A stretch of DNA of 64,000 nucleotides, taken from Amoebophrya sp. A120 (lineage: Eukaryota > Protista > Dinoflagellata). Each line of letters opens with the position of its first letter. The stretch's first letter is position 1. This document shows, piece by piece, positions 25,030 to 37,771 of the stretch. The position numbers and the translations under genes were made by a program. The DNA lies in the NCBI GenBank assembly GCA_905178155.1, contig CAJINV010000003.1:3963600-4027599 (forward strand), read 5' to 3'. The notes beneath the pieces were generated by a model that did not search any database, was not told the origin of the DNA, and saw only the letters and a list, made by a program, of their open reading frames with translations.

Positions 25030-26306
25030 ACTAAGTACCTAGAAGTGCGCCGTCTGCACCTAGTGGTCCTTCTCTTGTCCGCACAGCGCCATTTTTCGTA
25101 TACAATTCACAAACTTTTCGTAGGTTTTGATTACCACTATGGATCGTGTCTTTGTCGAGGGAGAGCGGTTTGTACGATTAATTTTGCTTTGTTTCACCCG
25201 GACAACCAAATGTGACCCGCTTTCTGGAGAACCCAAACTTTGTTATTTATCCTTCAACACTTTTTTATGGTATACAATTCAGCTTTTCACTATCAGCACA
25301 GCTCGTATTTAGAATTTTTCAGCAAACTTTGTTCATATTTATTTTCAGCTTCAGGTAGATAACTTGTAAACAGCGTGTATGGAAATATCAGCAACAGGAT
25401 CGTAAACAATCTTCAGCGACAGGAAGTGGTATTTGGTCACGACACGTTTCCAGATTCTCATTGTACAAAATTTCCTTCGACGAGGAATGGTGACAAATTT
25501 ATTTTCAAGACGGGACAGTCTGCGTCGCCCTCGCCAGTTGTTACGCAATTGAAGTCACCACTGGTTTCACCTTTCTTGATAAGCTTTCGTCTAGTGTTGA
25601 ACCAACGTGTAGTCGCGTGCAAAAGTGCAGGAGTTGCTATTTACCTTCAGAGCATGGACAACCTGAGAGTTTGGAGAGACGAGACACTGAAGCTTACCTT
25701 CCAGGAATGCGTCTGGTCTAGTTTCCGAGCCTGGCTTTGATGAATACATGCAAGCACCATGCGCTTCGCGTACTTTTAGGAGCAAAGTCATGTGCTCAAT
25801 TAAGAAACTCTTCACACATGTGACTGCGTTTCTCGTAATTCTTTTCTTTGCTTTGCAGTCGGTTCTTCTCACAAAAATCGCAAAGATGATGTCCGTTGCT
25901 GCCTTGTTTGAGAAGAAGAAGTGCGGAAAGCCGCTGACAGGCGGAGCGGGGCGGTCCTGCTGCCACCGTAAGTCCAAGGCGATGCTGCTGGTGGCGGGAG
26001 CGATGAAGCTTGACATTGCCTCCGCGAACGAGCACCCGCTGAAGAAAGCGGGGGGGGGGTGAAAACCTCGTTCTGGCGCCGGACGGCGAAACGGAGCATA
26101 CGGACCACTCCACGCAGGATACGACAGCGGAGGATGGTTCGTCGTCTTTCCCCTCCTTGGCAGATATCCCGAAGTCAGTTTTTCTCATTTCCCTTTCTCC
26201 TTTGGTTAGGTTCAGGCAGAGTTTGGCCACAAATCGTAAGAGACTAATACAAATAGGTAGCTTAGTGGGCATGTCCTCCTGCCCAGGTTAGCGTCTACAC
26301 TGCCAT

Positions 26307-26678
26307 TTGGTATTCTCTGCCCCTGTCGATCGAGGCCACAGCTGCCCACCAAGCAGCGAAAGCGAAAGAATTTTCTGTATCTGTATCAGGTTGATCAGTG
26401 GAGGGTCAGGCGGATATGGAGGAGGGTCAGGCGATACCCGTGCAGTGGAAGGCGAGCTGGAACCGCGGTGCGCTTTAAACACCGAGCGAGAAACATTTCC
26501 GTGCTTGCATACTTGCGCGCCCAAAAAAGGACGACGACCAGCTTCGAACTGGTCCGTTGACAGGAACCAGTGCTGCGTGTATGAAATCGAAGGTGGCGAC
26601 GACAAGCAGTGGCAATGCAATATCAATGAAAAGAAAAGCGCAGATCCAACATGCTCATGCGGAAACGATGCGAACTAG
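26307..26678 (+). CDS. Possible exon of a small Cys-rich protein
   Basis: Open frame with about ten Cys and a GGSGGYGGGSG linker; no clear start codon or homology recognised. Confidence 0.2.
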   Translation: MVFSAPVDRGHSCPPSSESERIFCICIRLISGGSGGYGGGSGDTRAVEGELEPRCALNTERETFPCLHTCAPKKGRRPASNWSVDRNQCCVYEIEGGDDKQWQCNINEKKSADPTCSCGNDAN

Positions 26679-27571
26679 GAAAAACGATGACCGACGTTGA
26701 TAAAACGATTCGCACGGAGGGGTACACAGAACGGCCAAAAGATCACGGAGTTTGCACGACAAGATCAAAGGTACGAACAACACGTTGCCTGCAAGATGGT
26801 AGTGATGATGGAGATGAGAGTGATGTTTGGATAATAGTAGAATAAAAAAGATTTCTGGTACGAACAAGGTCGCCCGCGGTCCGGTGGGTCTCCGAATCGA
26901 ACAATAATGTGACGGAGCTTCTCTCACAACTTTCAAATTCAATTTCTGAAATACTCGATACATTGCTCATATTTCGAATATATCGACCGGAATTGGGAAG
27001 AAGATTTTGGACCTCATTGACACAACAAAGTAATGCGCTATTTCAGTTCGAGTAGTCGTTGAGATACCCACAAAGGATTGAGGAGATTTGGGCTCAGAAG
27101 ATTGATATTGTTTCATTTTCTTTTTCCATCATGATCCGTTTCTTTTTCCTCATCATCTCGTGTGGAAAAAATCGAAAAAGCGAAGTGCTCATGGGAAAAC
27201 GTTTTGCTCATGGGAAAACGTTTTATTTCGAGTGACAGATTTTTATTAATAATGATTCATAGTGTCGTTGTCATAGATTTGATATGGACAAAATTAAAAA
27301 TTGAAGGTCCCAGGAGAGATTGAAGGTTAATATTTTCCAGGAATGTATGTCTGGTTGAGTTTGTGATTTAGAAAGTCTGTGAGAATGTATAATTCTCTCT
27401 CGACATGAAGAGAAAAAAGAGAAATGTGAGAGAATCTTTAATTGAGGATATATCAATCAAATTTCATTTTCCATATTAATGATAACCAATTGATTTCATC
27501 TCAATCTGATATTATTTCTGAATCTCGGAAGAAAATTATCATATTATGAGATAATATTTGTATATATCATA

Positions 27572-27996
27572 GTATGAGTGTTGTTTCCCGCTCGTTAGGA
27601 ATTACTAGAGGCGTGCGGGGCGGTTTTGTGGGCATTAGGGACAGGTACAGAAACACCACCAAAGATGGAAGAGCAGCGTAGCGCGAGCGATGTTGCACTA
27701 CTATGGTTGTCGCCTCTTTTGCGCAGCATACGAGCACGCAGGCAACCTGGTGGCGTGACTCATTGCCTACTGACCGATGTGAATAACTGTAGCATTGTCG
27801 CGAGGAGAAGGGACGAGCAGTCTGGAGCCGCAAGGCGAAGGGGTCAGATGGCATTTACGAACCACGAATAGAGAACCGCGAAGGAACAAGGACCGACGAC
27901 GAGCCAAGATCATTCCACTTTCCGATCTGAAGTTGTCTATGTGCTAACTCGCTGTTTTTAGATAGTTTGTGACTTGTATGTTTAAAAAAAAAAAAA
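27572..27996 (+). mobile_element. 5'-truncated non-LTR retroelement (LINE/SINE-like) with poly(A) tail and 19-bp TSD
   Basis: AATATTTGTATATATCATA at 27553-27571 and 27997-28015; A15 at 27984-27998; GC-richer than its flanks; 3' ~250 bp homologous to 30291-30542. Confidence 0.8.
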
Positions 27997-28117
27997 AATA
28001 TTTGTATATATCATAATTTGGATATATCATATCACTTCCTTCATTTTTCTCCATTTCTTTGAGATAATAATTTTCAAGAAAGGCGTTTCCTTTCAGGTCT
28101 GTAATAATAATTTTCAA

Positions 28118-30542
28118 TAAGATAAGAGGAACAGTGTTTCCTGCAGTCTGTCGAGCGAAATCAGCTACATCGCCTAGAGGTTCGTATGGGGAGGGCTAAC
28201 TGAGCAGGATAGAGAGTCTCGATTTCGATATCTGTTTGTGTATCGCGGTTTTACAGCGTTAGCGCTCGTTGTTCGATTGGCTAAAGCAACACACAAAACC
28301 AAACGGATTCCACAGTTGGGGCAAAGGATGGGGTAATGGAGTAGGTAGCTTAGATGTCCACTACGCCTGATGCCCCAACAGACTCAACGACATTCTCTAT
28401 CTGTTACTAGCTCGCATTTTTTTTTTCGGGCGGGGACACAAAGGAAGGGCAAAGATAAAGATGTCGCTAGTGCGTGACTCCTAACGTTAAAAAAGGCCCC
28501 AACGTGTTGCTTTTTATTTCTTTACAAATGGACCCAAAACAGGAGACCTAAAGTTCGGGTGTGAATTTCTTCGCCCGGCTTCTGCTCCCTTCCTTGAGTT
28601 GCTGCGGTGTTGAAGTTCTCACTCATGATCGACTGTGTAGGAGGGTTGATGTTGCCTCACCCCTCTAAGGTCTCAGGAGTCACGCTGCCACACTGTCAAG
28701 CCCCAGTAGGACCATCAACATCGCGCTGCGCCCAGCCATGCATGTCATGGCAAAACAGGATCCCAAAAGTTGCTTCTTCAAAACTCACGCAATTGTGATT
28801 CGAGATTTCCCGGCCTTTAGGCTTAATTTTTTAGGCGTGAGGGGCGGGGCAATGGGCCACTCGGATCAGGTACAGAATCACCACCGAAAAAAGGAAGAGC
28901 AACACAGCGTCTGTGCTGTTGCATCACTACAGTTGTCGACTCTCTTGCACTCAGTTGGAGGACGCGGGGCGATTTCGCCCGCTAAATTGTGGCTAATTTC
29001 TTCGGGATTTTTGAAAAATCCACGAAGCGAAAAATGGGCCCGGTGGAGTTGCTATCGCACGAAAAGGAAACACCCGATCGGAGCGGGTGGGAGAAAACAA
29101 AAGCCCCAAGGAGGTGCAAGCGGCTTGCGCATAACAACCCGGACAAGGCGCGCGCGGGAACATACGAAGCCCAATTGCCAACAGAACACGAAAACCCACG
29201 AAGACGGAAAACCCTTACCCCCGGAAAGACAGACCCAAACAGAAGCCGATCCCGATGAAACTCCGGGCGGAGCCCGGATATGGGTGAGAGCCTACCCCGT
29301 TTGTGGGCTTCAAACTTTGCGCCCACCCCATCATCGACCCAACACTAAGCTTCAAGGAGCTTTGCCGCCCGCGGCTAAATCAATGACTTAGCCGAGGGCG
29401 GCAAAGTTTTGTTCTAAATCGGGCGGCTAAATATTGTTCTAAATCAGCCCGCTAAATCCTATTCTAAATCGGCTTCTATTTTTTGTTCTAAATCGCCCGG
29501 CTAAATCACGTTCTAAATCGACCCTCTAATTCTTGTTCTAACTTTTTCGGGATCCACACCTCTTTCATCTGCTCTCCGAACGGCAAAACTCGGCAGCACA
29601 GGGATTTCCCTAAGGAAGTTCCCACTTTGCCGATTTAGCCACGGATTTCGCAGATGAAAAAGTGTGAATCCCGCGACTTTGGAAGAACAGAAGTCATCTC
29701 GACTTCTAAACTTCCAAAGCCGGAGTTAGAACAAGAATCCCATGACGAAGGCCGACGTTGTCAGAACTACAAATATCTTGCCCCGCAGGGCGCAATGCAG
29801 AACACCGCTCACAGAACCAGACCAGATGGCATGGTCGAGATAGCGACGCGCGCCATCTCGAGCATGCTCTTCCCGAGATAATACCCCAACCCACCACACA
29901 CATGACGAAGCGGCCAGATATTTTGCGGGACGCAAAATGTCCGGCATACCACCACCGGGAACTTGAGCAAAATACCAAGGCGGCGCATTTCAACAGAAAA
30001 CCGGGCAAATTTTTAAATTTTAAAACCCGGCCCGGGGCCAAACGCAAAAAACCCGGCGGCGGCAGAAGCCACGGGCCCACTGCCCCAAAGGCCCCCCGGA
30101 GCAAATTGGGCCGGAAGAAGCGGCCCAAGCGGGGGAAGCGGAAAAGCATTGCCAAAGGCGGAGGGCCCACCAGACCAGACCCGGCGCCACCTGCGCCCTG
30201 GGGTCTTGAAAAAATCCCGAAAAATTTAGCCACTTTATAGCCAAGGAACTGGCCCCGTTGCCCTCCAACTGATTGCACAACGAGATTGAAGGCAACTCGG
30301 TGGTGTGACTCACCGCCTGCTGACCATGTGAACAACTGCAGCATGTCGCGACGAGAAGGGACAAGCAATCTGGAGCCGAAAGACGAAGGGGTAAGATGGC
30401 ACTTACGAACCACGAATACGATGCCGCGATAGAACAAGGACGACGAGCCTGGATCACCTCTTTTTCCGATCTGAAGTTGTCTATGTGATATTTCGCTGCG
30501 TTATTTTTGTGGTTTGTATTTTTTTTAAAAAAAAAAAAAAAA
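28118..30542 (+). mobile_element. Longer degenerate copy of the same poly(A)-tailed retroelement family (5' boundary approximate)
   Basis: 30291-30542 aligns with 27741-27998 (e.g. TTTCCGATCTGAAGTTGTCTATGTG) and ends in A16; candidate TSD AATTTTCAA (28109-28117 and 30541-30549); no intact ORF. Confidence 0.6.
29372..29542. repeat. Degenerate tandem array of (T/G)CTAAATC units
   Basis: Alternating GTTCTAAATC / GGCTAAAT motifs spaced ~11-13 bp apart. Confidence 0.75.
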
Positions 30543-31365
30543 TTTTCAAAAAATCCGGAGAGAATGAGATAGAATGATATATTTTTTAAATTTCTTTTCA
30601 GATCAAGAATATTATGAGAACAATAGATGAGATTATTATCATCTTCGATTTATGGAATCTGATATGATATGTATCTATGGTTGGGGAGGATAGGAATAAT
30701 CTGGTAGAGAATACCCTAAAATTGATGAGATTGAGAGAAGAATTGCGAAGAAAGAAATTTATCGGAAATTTCGAAAAATATATTTGGGATATTTATGAAA
30801 GAATTTGGATTTTGGATATTTGACATCTTAAATATATTATTTTTCCATCATATCTTCATATTAAAAATAATCTAGATTATATAATTCGAGATAAATAAAT
30901 CATTTGGAAAATTTTTATTTTTTTTGGGAATTCCCATCCTCCTCCAGAGATAATATAAATAGATATGATGAGGAGATGATGATATTCTATTCTTTTAAAA
31001 TGTTATTCTTTCAAATTCTGTTCTATTCTTTTATAACAATCATCATTTTTTTTGAAATAACATTAGACATATGACAAGAATGAAAGAAAGATCAATTTTC
31101 AACCGGTACCATATGACCATCCTCAACAAACAATAAACAAACATTGGATTGAACACAAAGATTGAAGAAACCCGACTGACCGAGAGACCGAAGAAATTCG
31201 AATCATTCTGAATGTCCTCCAATATCGAATCTGGGTTTGAAAGAATGGGAAAAGGAAAAGTCATGACTCCATGGGTGTTAGTTTTGTTAAAGTGAGTAGA
31301 ATATAAGAATAAGCAATTATTTGAGCAGTGGGGTCACAAACATAAACGCCAAGTCCGCACCGGGC

Positions 31366-34300
31366 TTAAGGTACCGGTGCCGGTACCCCATTTATCGTTA
31401 CTGCACATCCGCGATTCTGTAACGTACGCAAGGATTCCCATCCCGCTAACGTCGGCCCGCCCTTGCAAACTCCCGGTTGCGGGAGCTCTCCGTTGCGGGA
31501 GGGGGGGGGTCGCTCTCCGTTGCGGGAGCGCGGCCTCCTCTTGCTTTTACCTTTTTTCGGTACCGGACGATCGGCCACCGCCGGCCTTTCCTGTTGTGCT
31601 GCCCCTCGCCCTGCCTGTTTGGCCTTTTGTGCTGGCTGTTCGACCTCTCGGAAATTTGTGCTGTCGGTGATTTCAATATTCTCGGGCCTGAACAATGCTT
31701 CGACTTTTTGACCGCCTTCGGAAATCATTTCCACCGCCCACTGCCCGCTTTGTGCATTGAAGCTCCCCAAGAGCCCTGTCTTGCGATTCAGCTCCGGAGA
31801 ACCTAGAAGGCCGGAGAGGCGGACAGCTTGTAGTGGCTTCGCGGCCTCCGGCGGGTAGGCTTCGGACTGAAGAGGGTCGTTCAGGTGCGCCATTTCCAAA
31901 ATCGCGATCTCGCGGAGCTGCTGAAATTCTTCATGGAAGAAACCCCGTAGCTTGCCGTCTAACTCATCTGCGTAGTCCTCGCCGTAGCTGCCCTTTAGCT
32001 CTTTCGTCCATTTCGGGAGCTCTGTTTCCACCGCTGCTTTTAGATCTTGTACCCGTCCCACCATGTCAACGTCGACGCTAAAACCACAGTGATGCGGCCG
32101 ATACTGAACTCCGAGCGCTCCGGTCGCCGGCTGCTCTGCTTTTGTCCTCGCTTGCTTGCTCAACAGCAGCCGCGCCTCCTTAATTTCGTTTGATTCGGGT
32201 GCCACTGCTAGCCGGGGAAAGCATCTTCTCGCTGAATAGATCTGCGAAGTATAGACATCCACAACCACATCGGCCTTGTACGCCATTAGGCGAGAATGGA
32301 AAACACTTGTGAGGGCTGTGAGGATGGACGTGGCGTTTTCCGCCTTTAGATGTTCCGTATGCCCACTCCAAATGCTCTGAAGCCAAAGCGTCTGAGCGAA
32401 GAACCCACGCACCCACTCACAGTGCGTGCGCGCCGCTGGAATTGCGGGCTCGATAAAAACAGACACCGCGCTTATGTTATCGGGCTTTAATAGTATGCTC
32501 AGCTCCTGCCTTCCAGCAGCAGAGGTGAGGCGTACCTGCCAACGCCCTTTGTCGCGGAAGAAGGGGCCCAATTGCCCTAATCTGCCATTGAGCTCCGGTT
32601 TCGATACGAGCCCATGAATAGTGACTATTTTCCCTGGCTGCAGCAAATTCACAGGCGCCGTTTCACGAGCCGCACCCGCCTCGTCGCCCGCGTTTCCGCC
32701 GCCAGGACCTTGCCCGCCGGGTGGCCCGGATGCAGGGCCAGGTCGGCCACCATCACCTTCGCCAGCAAGCTCCTCACTCGCCAGGTTCCTCTGCTTGAAA
32801 GTCTCATCACGCTGCAACCCGAGAAAGCTTGCCGCCTCCCCGGCTTCCACAACCCAGGACCAGGATTCGTCTGCCATGCGCTTTGCTTCGTCCTGCTCGG
32901 CTACTAAATCGCGAAACACCTTCCACGCGGCATCCAGCGGGCGTTCCGCGAAATGCCAGGAGGCTTTGCCCCGCAGCATCCTCGCGACAATGCAGTCAAG
33001 AGACCTGTCGCCAAACGCGCGGAACTTCTTGCGCCAGTGCGCGGGGCGCTCCCCTGCCGCGCCGCCTTCGCCGTCGAACAGGTGCTTTGCAAAGCTGGCT
33101 TTTGCTTGTTCCTGTGTTTGCTCGTTAGCCAAATACTCGGCGAAGGAGCTTACCCACGTGCGGGCGCTGCGCCGCGTTGTCTTCAGAATCTCTCTGAGCT
33201 GCGCAGCGTTTTTCGCTACCGCGAAGTCTTGCGTCCCTACGGAGAGACCCAGAGCCTCCTGCAGGCGGACCGGATTTTTCGTCAATATGAGAACGCGCTC
33301 TGTCGCCCGTGAAAGTGCGACAAACAGCTTGGCGAGCCCGTCTGCACGCTCGCGCACCGCGACCGGGCCGTCATTGCGACTACTCAGGATTTCATGTGGG
33401 TCCGCGACAACAACGATGGGCCACTCTTGGCCTTGTGCCTGCAGGGCCGAAAGGCTGGTCGCATCGCTGTCCCACTTTTTCGCCCCGTCTTCATCGAGGT
33501 AGATCCAGGGCATGCTGTCGAGGGTGTCGACCTTAGCGTTAGTGCTGCTGGTGTTCGCAGACGCAGGCTCTCCCTCTGAAGATGCCGCGCGCCCGAAAAC
33601 GGTCCGCTTCCGTTCACTCTTCACTGCTACCCTACGCCGCTGATGCACGCGGGCGCCACCTGCCTTCTTTTTGTGTTTCAAAATCCGACTTCCCTTGCGC
33701 ACAGTCATCCTCTTCGTGCGTTGCGCATTTCGCGCCACTCCTGTACCCCCTGCACGACGCCGGGCACCGCTTTCACCTTCCGATACCTGCAGGCCATCTT
33801 CAAAGTGCTCCTTGATATCGGCAAAACTAACCTGGTCCTTGTTCAAATGAAGCGCCACGATCACGGGGCCGTCGCTGTTCGCACTACCCTCTACGTCCTC
33901 GCGCTCTTCGTAGGCGCTATGAAACTTCTGGTCTGGACCCGCGCCACCAGTACGCGGGCTCGTTAAGCATTGGCGCATGGTGGCAATTACCTGGAGAACC
34001 GGCACGAGGCGTGACGGAGAGCGCCAGACCCCCGGAAGCTGGGCCTCCCAGATTACACCAGAATCGCTTTCTTTTTCTTTATTTTTTGAATAAAAGTCGC
34101 TCTTCACCATTTCGCGCACGAACAGGCGCTTGTCGTTCAAACCGCCCAAAAGCTGCTGATTCTGGTCAAACGCGAAAACTAGGCGGAGTGTAGGGCTTCG
34201 CCGGGCAAAGTCGAGGTAGCGCGCCAAGGCCATTGGCGAGAGATTCTGGGCTTCGTCGATCGCGATGTAAGCTATTTGCGCACTCTTCAAGATCCTTCTG

Positions 34301-36120
34301 AGGTTCGTCACAAAGGAGCTGTCTCCTTCGTAGGCTTTCGACCACCGTGTCAACGGGCCCGGCGCAGTTTTCTGGGCGGAGTCGCGCCAAAAGGAAAAGG
34401 CCAGAAACGCGCCTGCCAGATGCAAAGCGAAGTTGTCACCGAGATGCGCAGCCATGTTGTTGACCTTCCGAGAGAAGCTACTCTCGATGCGTTCCTTGCA
34501 CTTTTTCCGAGGACCGCGCAGGCGTCCGTCTTGCTCTTGTGCGAACAGGTCTAGGTCAAAACAGATGGCGGCAGTCATCTGATACAAATCTAGAAGGCCT
34601 ATCAAGTGCAAATGCGTCTGGCGGGTCTCCAAGAATGCAAGACTTGTCATGCATCTTGAGGAGGCGGACCACGTCCACGATGATGATTTGGAATGCACAC
34701 AAAAGCATCACAGACTTTGCGAGACCTTCGTCATCCATGCCTATGTTGCCGCATAAAAAAACCGACTTTTGCCTAACAAGAAGTGGGTACCTCGTGGCGT
34801 TCATGCAACACAGATTTTCTTATTTTTGTGATCGAGATCTCGCATGACAAGTTGCAACCCTCCAGCTCCACCGAGACACATTTGCAATGCATAAGGCCGC
34901 GGCTGCCCCAACTACTTCTGTACTCCGACGCGCCCTGGTAATCGTGGAGAGGCTGTTTCTCCACCGCGGCAAGTAGTTTCTCCTCCTGCTTCGTTTTATG
35001 CATTGCAAATAAGTATATGTCTGGGTCTGGAAGAGTGTCATGCTGTTCCTGTTTTTACATGACATAGAGGGCCCGTCATGGAAGCAGTACCGTCACACAT
35101 TTCGAGAAGCTGCCGCAACGCCTAATCGACATGACAAATCACCCACATTTTGGTGACAGCGACAGGAAGTGGCAGCGGACATCTTTTGCTGCCAATGCAT
35201 GGGAGAATTGTGTGTGCTGTGAAGCGCGCGTCACAAGTTCGCATCCTTCCAGCCCCAGACATATTTGCAGCGCATACGGTGACAGTGCCGACAATTTAAG
35301 TGGCCCGGGTTGTACAGAGATTCCGTGTCTCTGGGCCGGTTTTACTAGCATAGCCTCTTTTGAAGTTGTTCCATCTGCTTTCTGCTCGCCGTCAGACGAG
35401 TTGTCCGAGCCCGAGAAAGATTCGGGCACTACAGCGCACTGCTTCTGCAGCCGAGTCTCAATGTCCTGCCGTAGCCGCTCGCTTTGGGTGTGGTACTGCA
35501 GGACTATCTCGCCCTTGCCCACGGCCTCCGGTACTTCTGCCTCGATCTTGGTCAGAAGCGCAAGCAGCTGTACACTTTTGCCGCTTCCAGGAGGGCCACT
35601 GATGAAAGTGATTCGCTTGCGAAGGGGTATTTTGCCCGAGCGGCCGACACTTGTTCCTTCTGGTCCCAACACAGCTTCTTGAAACGCGCGGTCCGCCTCA
35701 ATGGCCAAGTGCCGGCTCAAAATCTGCACCTCCTCTTTCTGGATTACCGGCTCCTGGCGTTGCCATCTCGCTACAGGTTGTTCGTTTCCTCGACGCCTGC
35801 CACCACTTCTCATCGGTTGCTTTCTTAGCTGGCGCAGCTGCTGCCCGTCAAACAGAGTAAACCCAGCACTGCCTTCGTGAATTGCAGCCGCAAGAGTCTC
35901 CAGCGGCTGGGGCTGCTGGTGCTGGTGCGCTTCAAGGACTTTTGTGAGTGCCTGGGGTAGTGCCAGTTTCCAGCGTCTTTCCGCACTGCCGGTGATGTGG
36001 TCGTAGTGGTGCCCATCCAGCAAGAGCTCCACGAGAAACCACAGCGTGACCACACTGGGTAGCGTAGAACCTCGCGCCTCGACAGCGGGCAGCACTGTAA
36101 CGGTTTGCGCTTTCCAGATG
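31366..36120 (-). CDS. Superfamily-1 (UvrD/Rep-like) helicase-domain protein with two SH3-like repeats; 5' end unresolved (possible upstream exon 36546-36821)
   Basis: Walker A ISGPPGSGKS (~35574-35603), Walker B IAIDEAQN, AFDQNQQL, GVWRSP, AQGQEWPIVVV, LFVALSRATERV. ORFs 35139-36257, 34773-35003 and 31366-34698 join in frame when two introners are removed. Confidence 0.8.
34600..34893. mobile_element. Diverged introner, family B-like (294 bp), TSD AGGCC
   Basis: Degenerate TIRs TATCAAGTGCAAATGCGTCT ... AGACACATTTGCAATGCATA; perfect TSD; removal gives SWGSRG-LLDLYQ on the minus strand. Confidence 0.85.
34997..35276. mobile_element. Diverged introner, family A (280 bp), imperfect TSD CGTTT/CGGTG
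   Basis: TATGCATTGCAAAT...TGTCTGGGTCTGGAAG ... CTTCCAGCCCCAGACATATTTGCAGCGCATA; removal gives LSALSP-KQEEKLL. Confidence 0.82.
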
Positions 36121-37771
36121 TATATGCACTCCAAAAGGATCGCACTACTCGTAGTAATTGCAATCATGCACGACAAGCCCGACTGTCTACCTGAACTAAC
36201 ATGACAAGTTGCCCTTGCTTTTCTTTGTTCTCGAGAAAATGAAAACTCGCGATGCAATGGATACTAGTGCGATACTTTGTTTTGCAATGCATAGTGTAAC
36301 GATAGCAACCATTTGCGCGAGAAGCATACCACTTTTCGCTTTGCGACTTTCCGAGACCGTCTTTTTTCTGCTGAATGCCGGTGCGGTATCGGAGCGGCGA
36401 AAGATGGAGCGCCATGTTATCCACATGCAATTTAATCCCGCACATGTAAAAAATTCATCACACTTCTCGCCACCTTAGAGCATGCCGCTTGTGACGCTTT
36501 TTGTCATGTAGAAAGTGCATTTTTAGTTGTACGTGTACGGAAAATTTACTGTGGATACATGTCGCGGGCCGTGAGTTTTTCGATCAGCTGCGCGCTCTCC
36601 TCGTACTCTGTCAGCTTCGTTTTGTAGAAGTACACGTTCTTTATCTGCGGCACCTCAACATGGTTCGACTTCGACGCCGCTCCGGCACTCGAGACCGAGA
36701 GGGCCGCCACACGCGAAAAAAGAACGCCTAAGACAATCGGAACTTCGAACGCGACGACGAACATAGTGCGGGCAACCAGCCCTGGAGACCAGCGGCTTGG
36801 AGTGTAGTTCTTTATAATCATCTTTGTAAACAGAATGATATATGCGATCTCTGCAGCAATAAATAAACTGATAGCCTTAGCCTGTCAGGTTGGAAATAAC
36901 AAATCTGGTTTCGTGAAGTCTAGTTGTAGTCGTGTGCGGTTTGTCGCTCTTGCTGCCGTAGCTGGCTGTAGTGGTGGTAAGTTCCTCTACTTGCTGCAGT
37001 TTCTACGGGTAAAAACCCAGCAGGACCTCCTTGGATAAAAATAATGCTGGCTACGGAGGACGAAATAAGAAGGATGAGGATCTTCATCTTTGTAGTTGTA
37101 CTACCTCTAAGCGTCAGAAAATAAAGATGCGCGCTAAGGTTAAGAATGACAAATATTAGAACGTTGCTCCTTGGCCGCGCCGTCACGATTAATTTTTGGG
37201 AAAGTTGTCAGGTTTTGTTGAGAGTTCGAGTTTACTTGTTGCACAAAATAATAAAGTACAGTAGCAGTAGGTATGATAGAAGCTTCTGCACTGTTCAAAC
37301 TGTATAGACATTTTGTTCGTGGATTCTAATAAGTAGGACGATTCATCACCGACATTTTGCGTGCAAGCGCCACCATCGCCATCAAGACGGACCGAGCTGC
37401 AGCAATACAAATTCATTTTTATATACATGAATCCGAATAGTACATAAAGCGAGCCTCGAAGAGACTACTTACATTTGAGGATCATGGCTAGATGAAGATT
37501 ATTTGCCTTCGGCTGAGATTTTTTGATTTTGGGTGATCCTTGTTCTGTTTCATTTCATCGGCGTCACAAGAGCAAGTTTCTCATTTTTTACCGACACTGG
37601 CAACCGCGATGCACTTGAAAGATCGCAATGCGTTGCGTTCCATGAAGATACAAGACTGTTCAACAGGAATTCCTGCGTACTACTAGTAGTTGTAGCTCAT
37701 CGTCGTCAGTGCTCGTCTTAGTAAGTTATGATGATTCTTATTAATTTGTTGGTATATATGTTTTTGGGTGT

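Noticed and set aside
27085-27100. TTTGGGCTCAG resembling the dinoflagellate spliced leader end
   Set aside because: Too short and mismatched, and not upstream of a gene.
27741-30542. Direct repeats read as paired LTRs
   Set aside because: Both end in poly(A), the first has its own TSD, and TG...CA termini are lacking.
36123-36545. Possible eroded introner(s) in the helicase 5' region
   Set aside because: Contains CATGACA-like motifs, but I could not define TIR/TSD boundaries that restore the frame.
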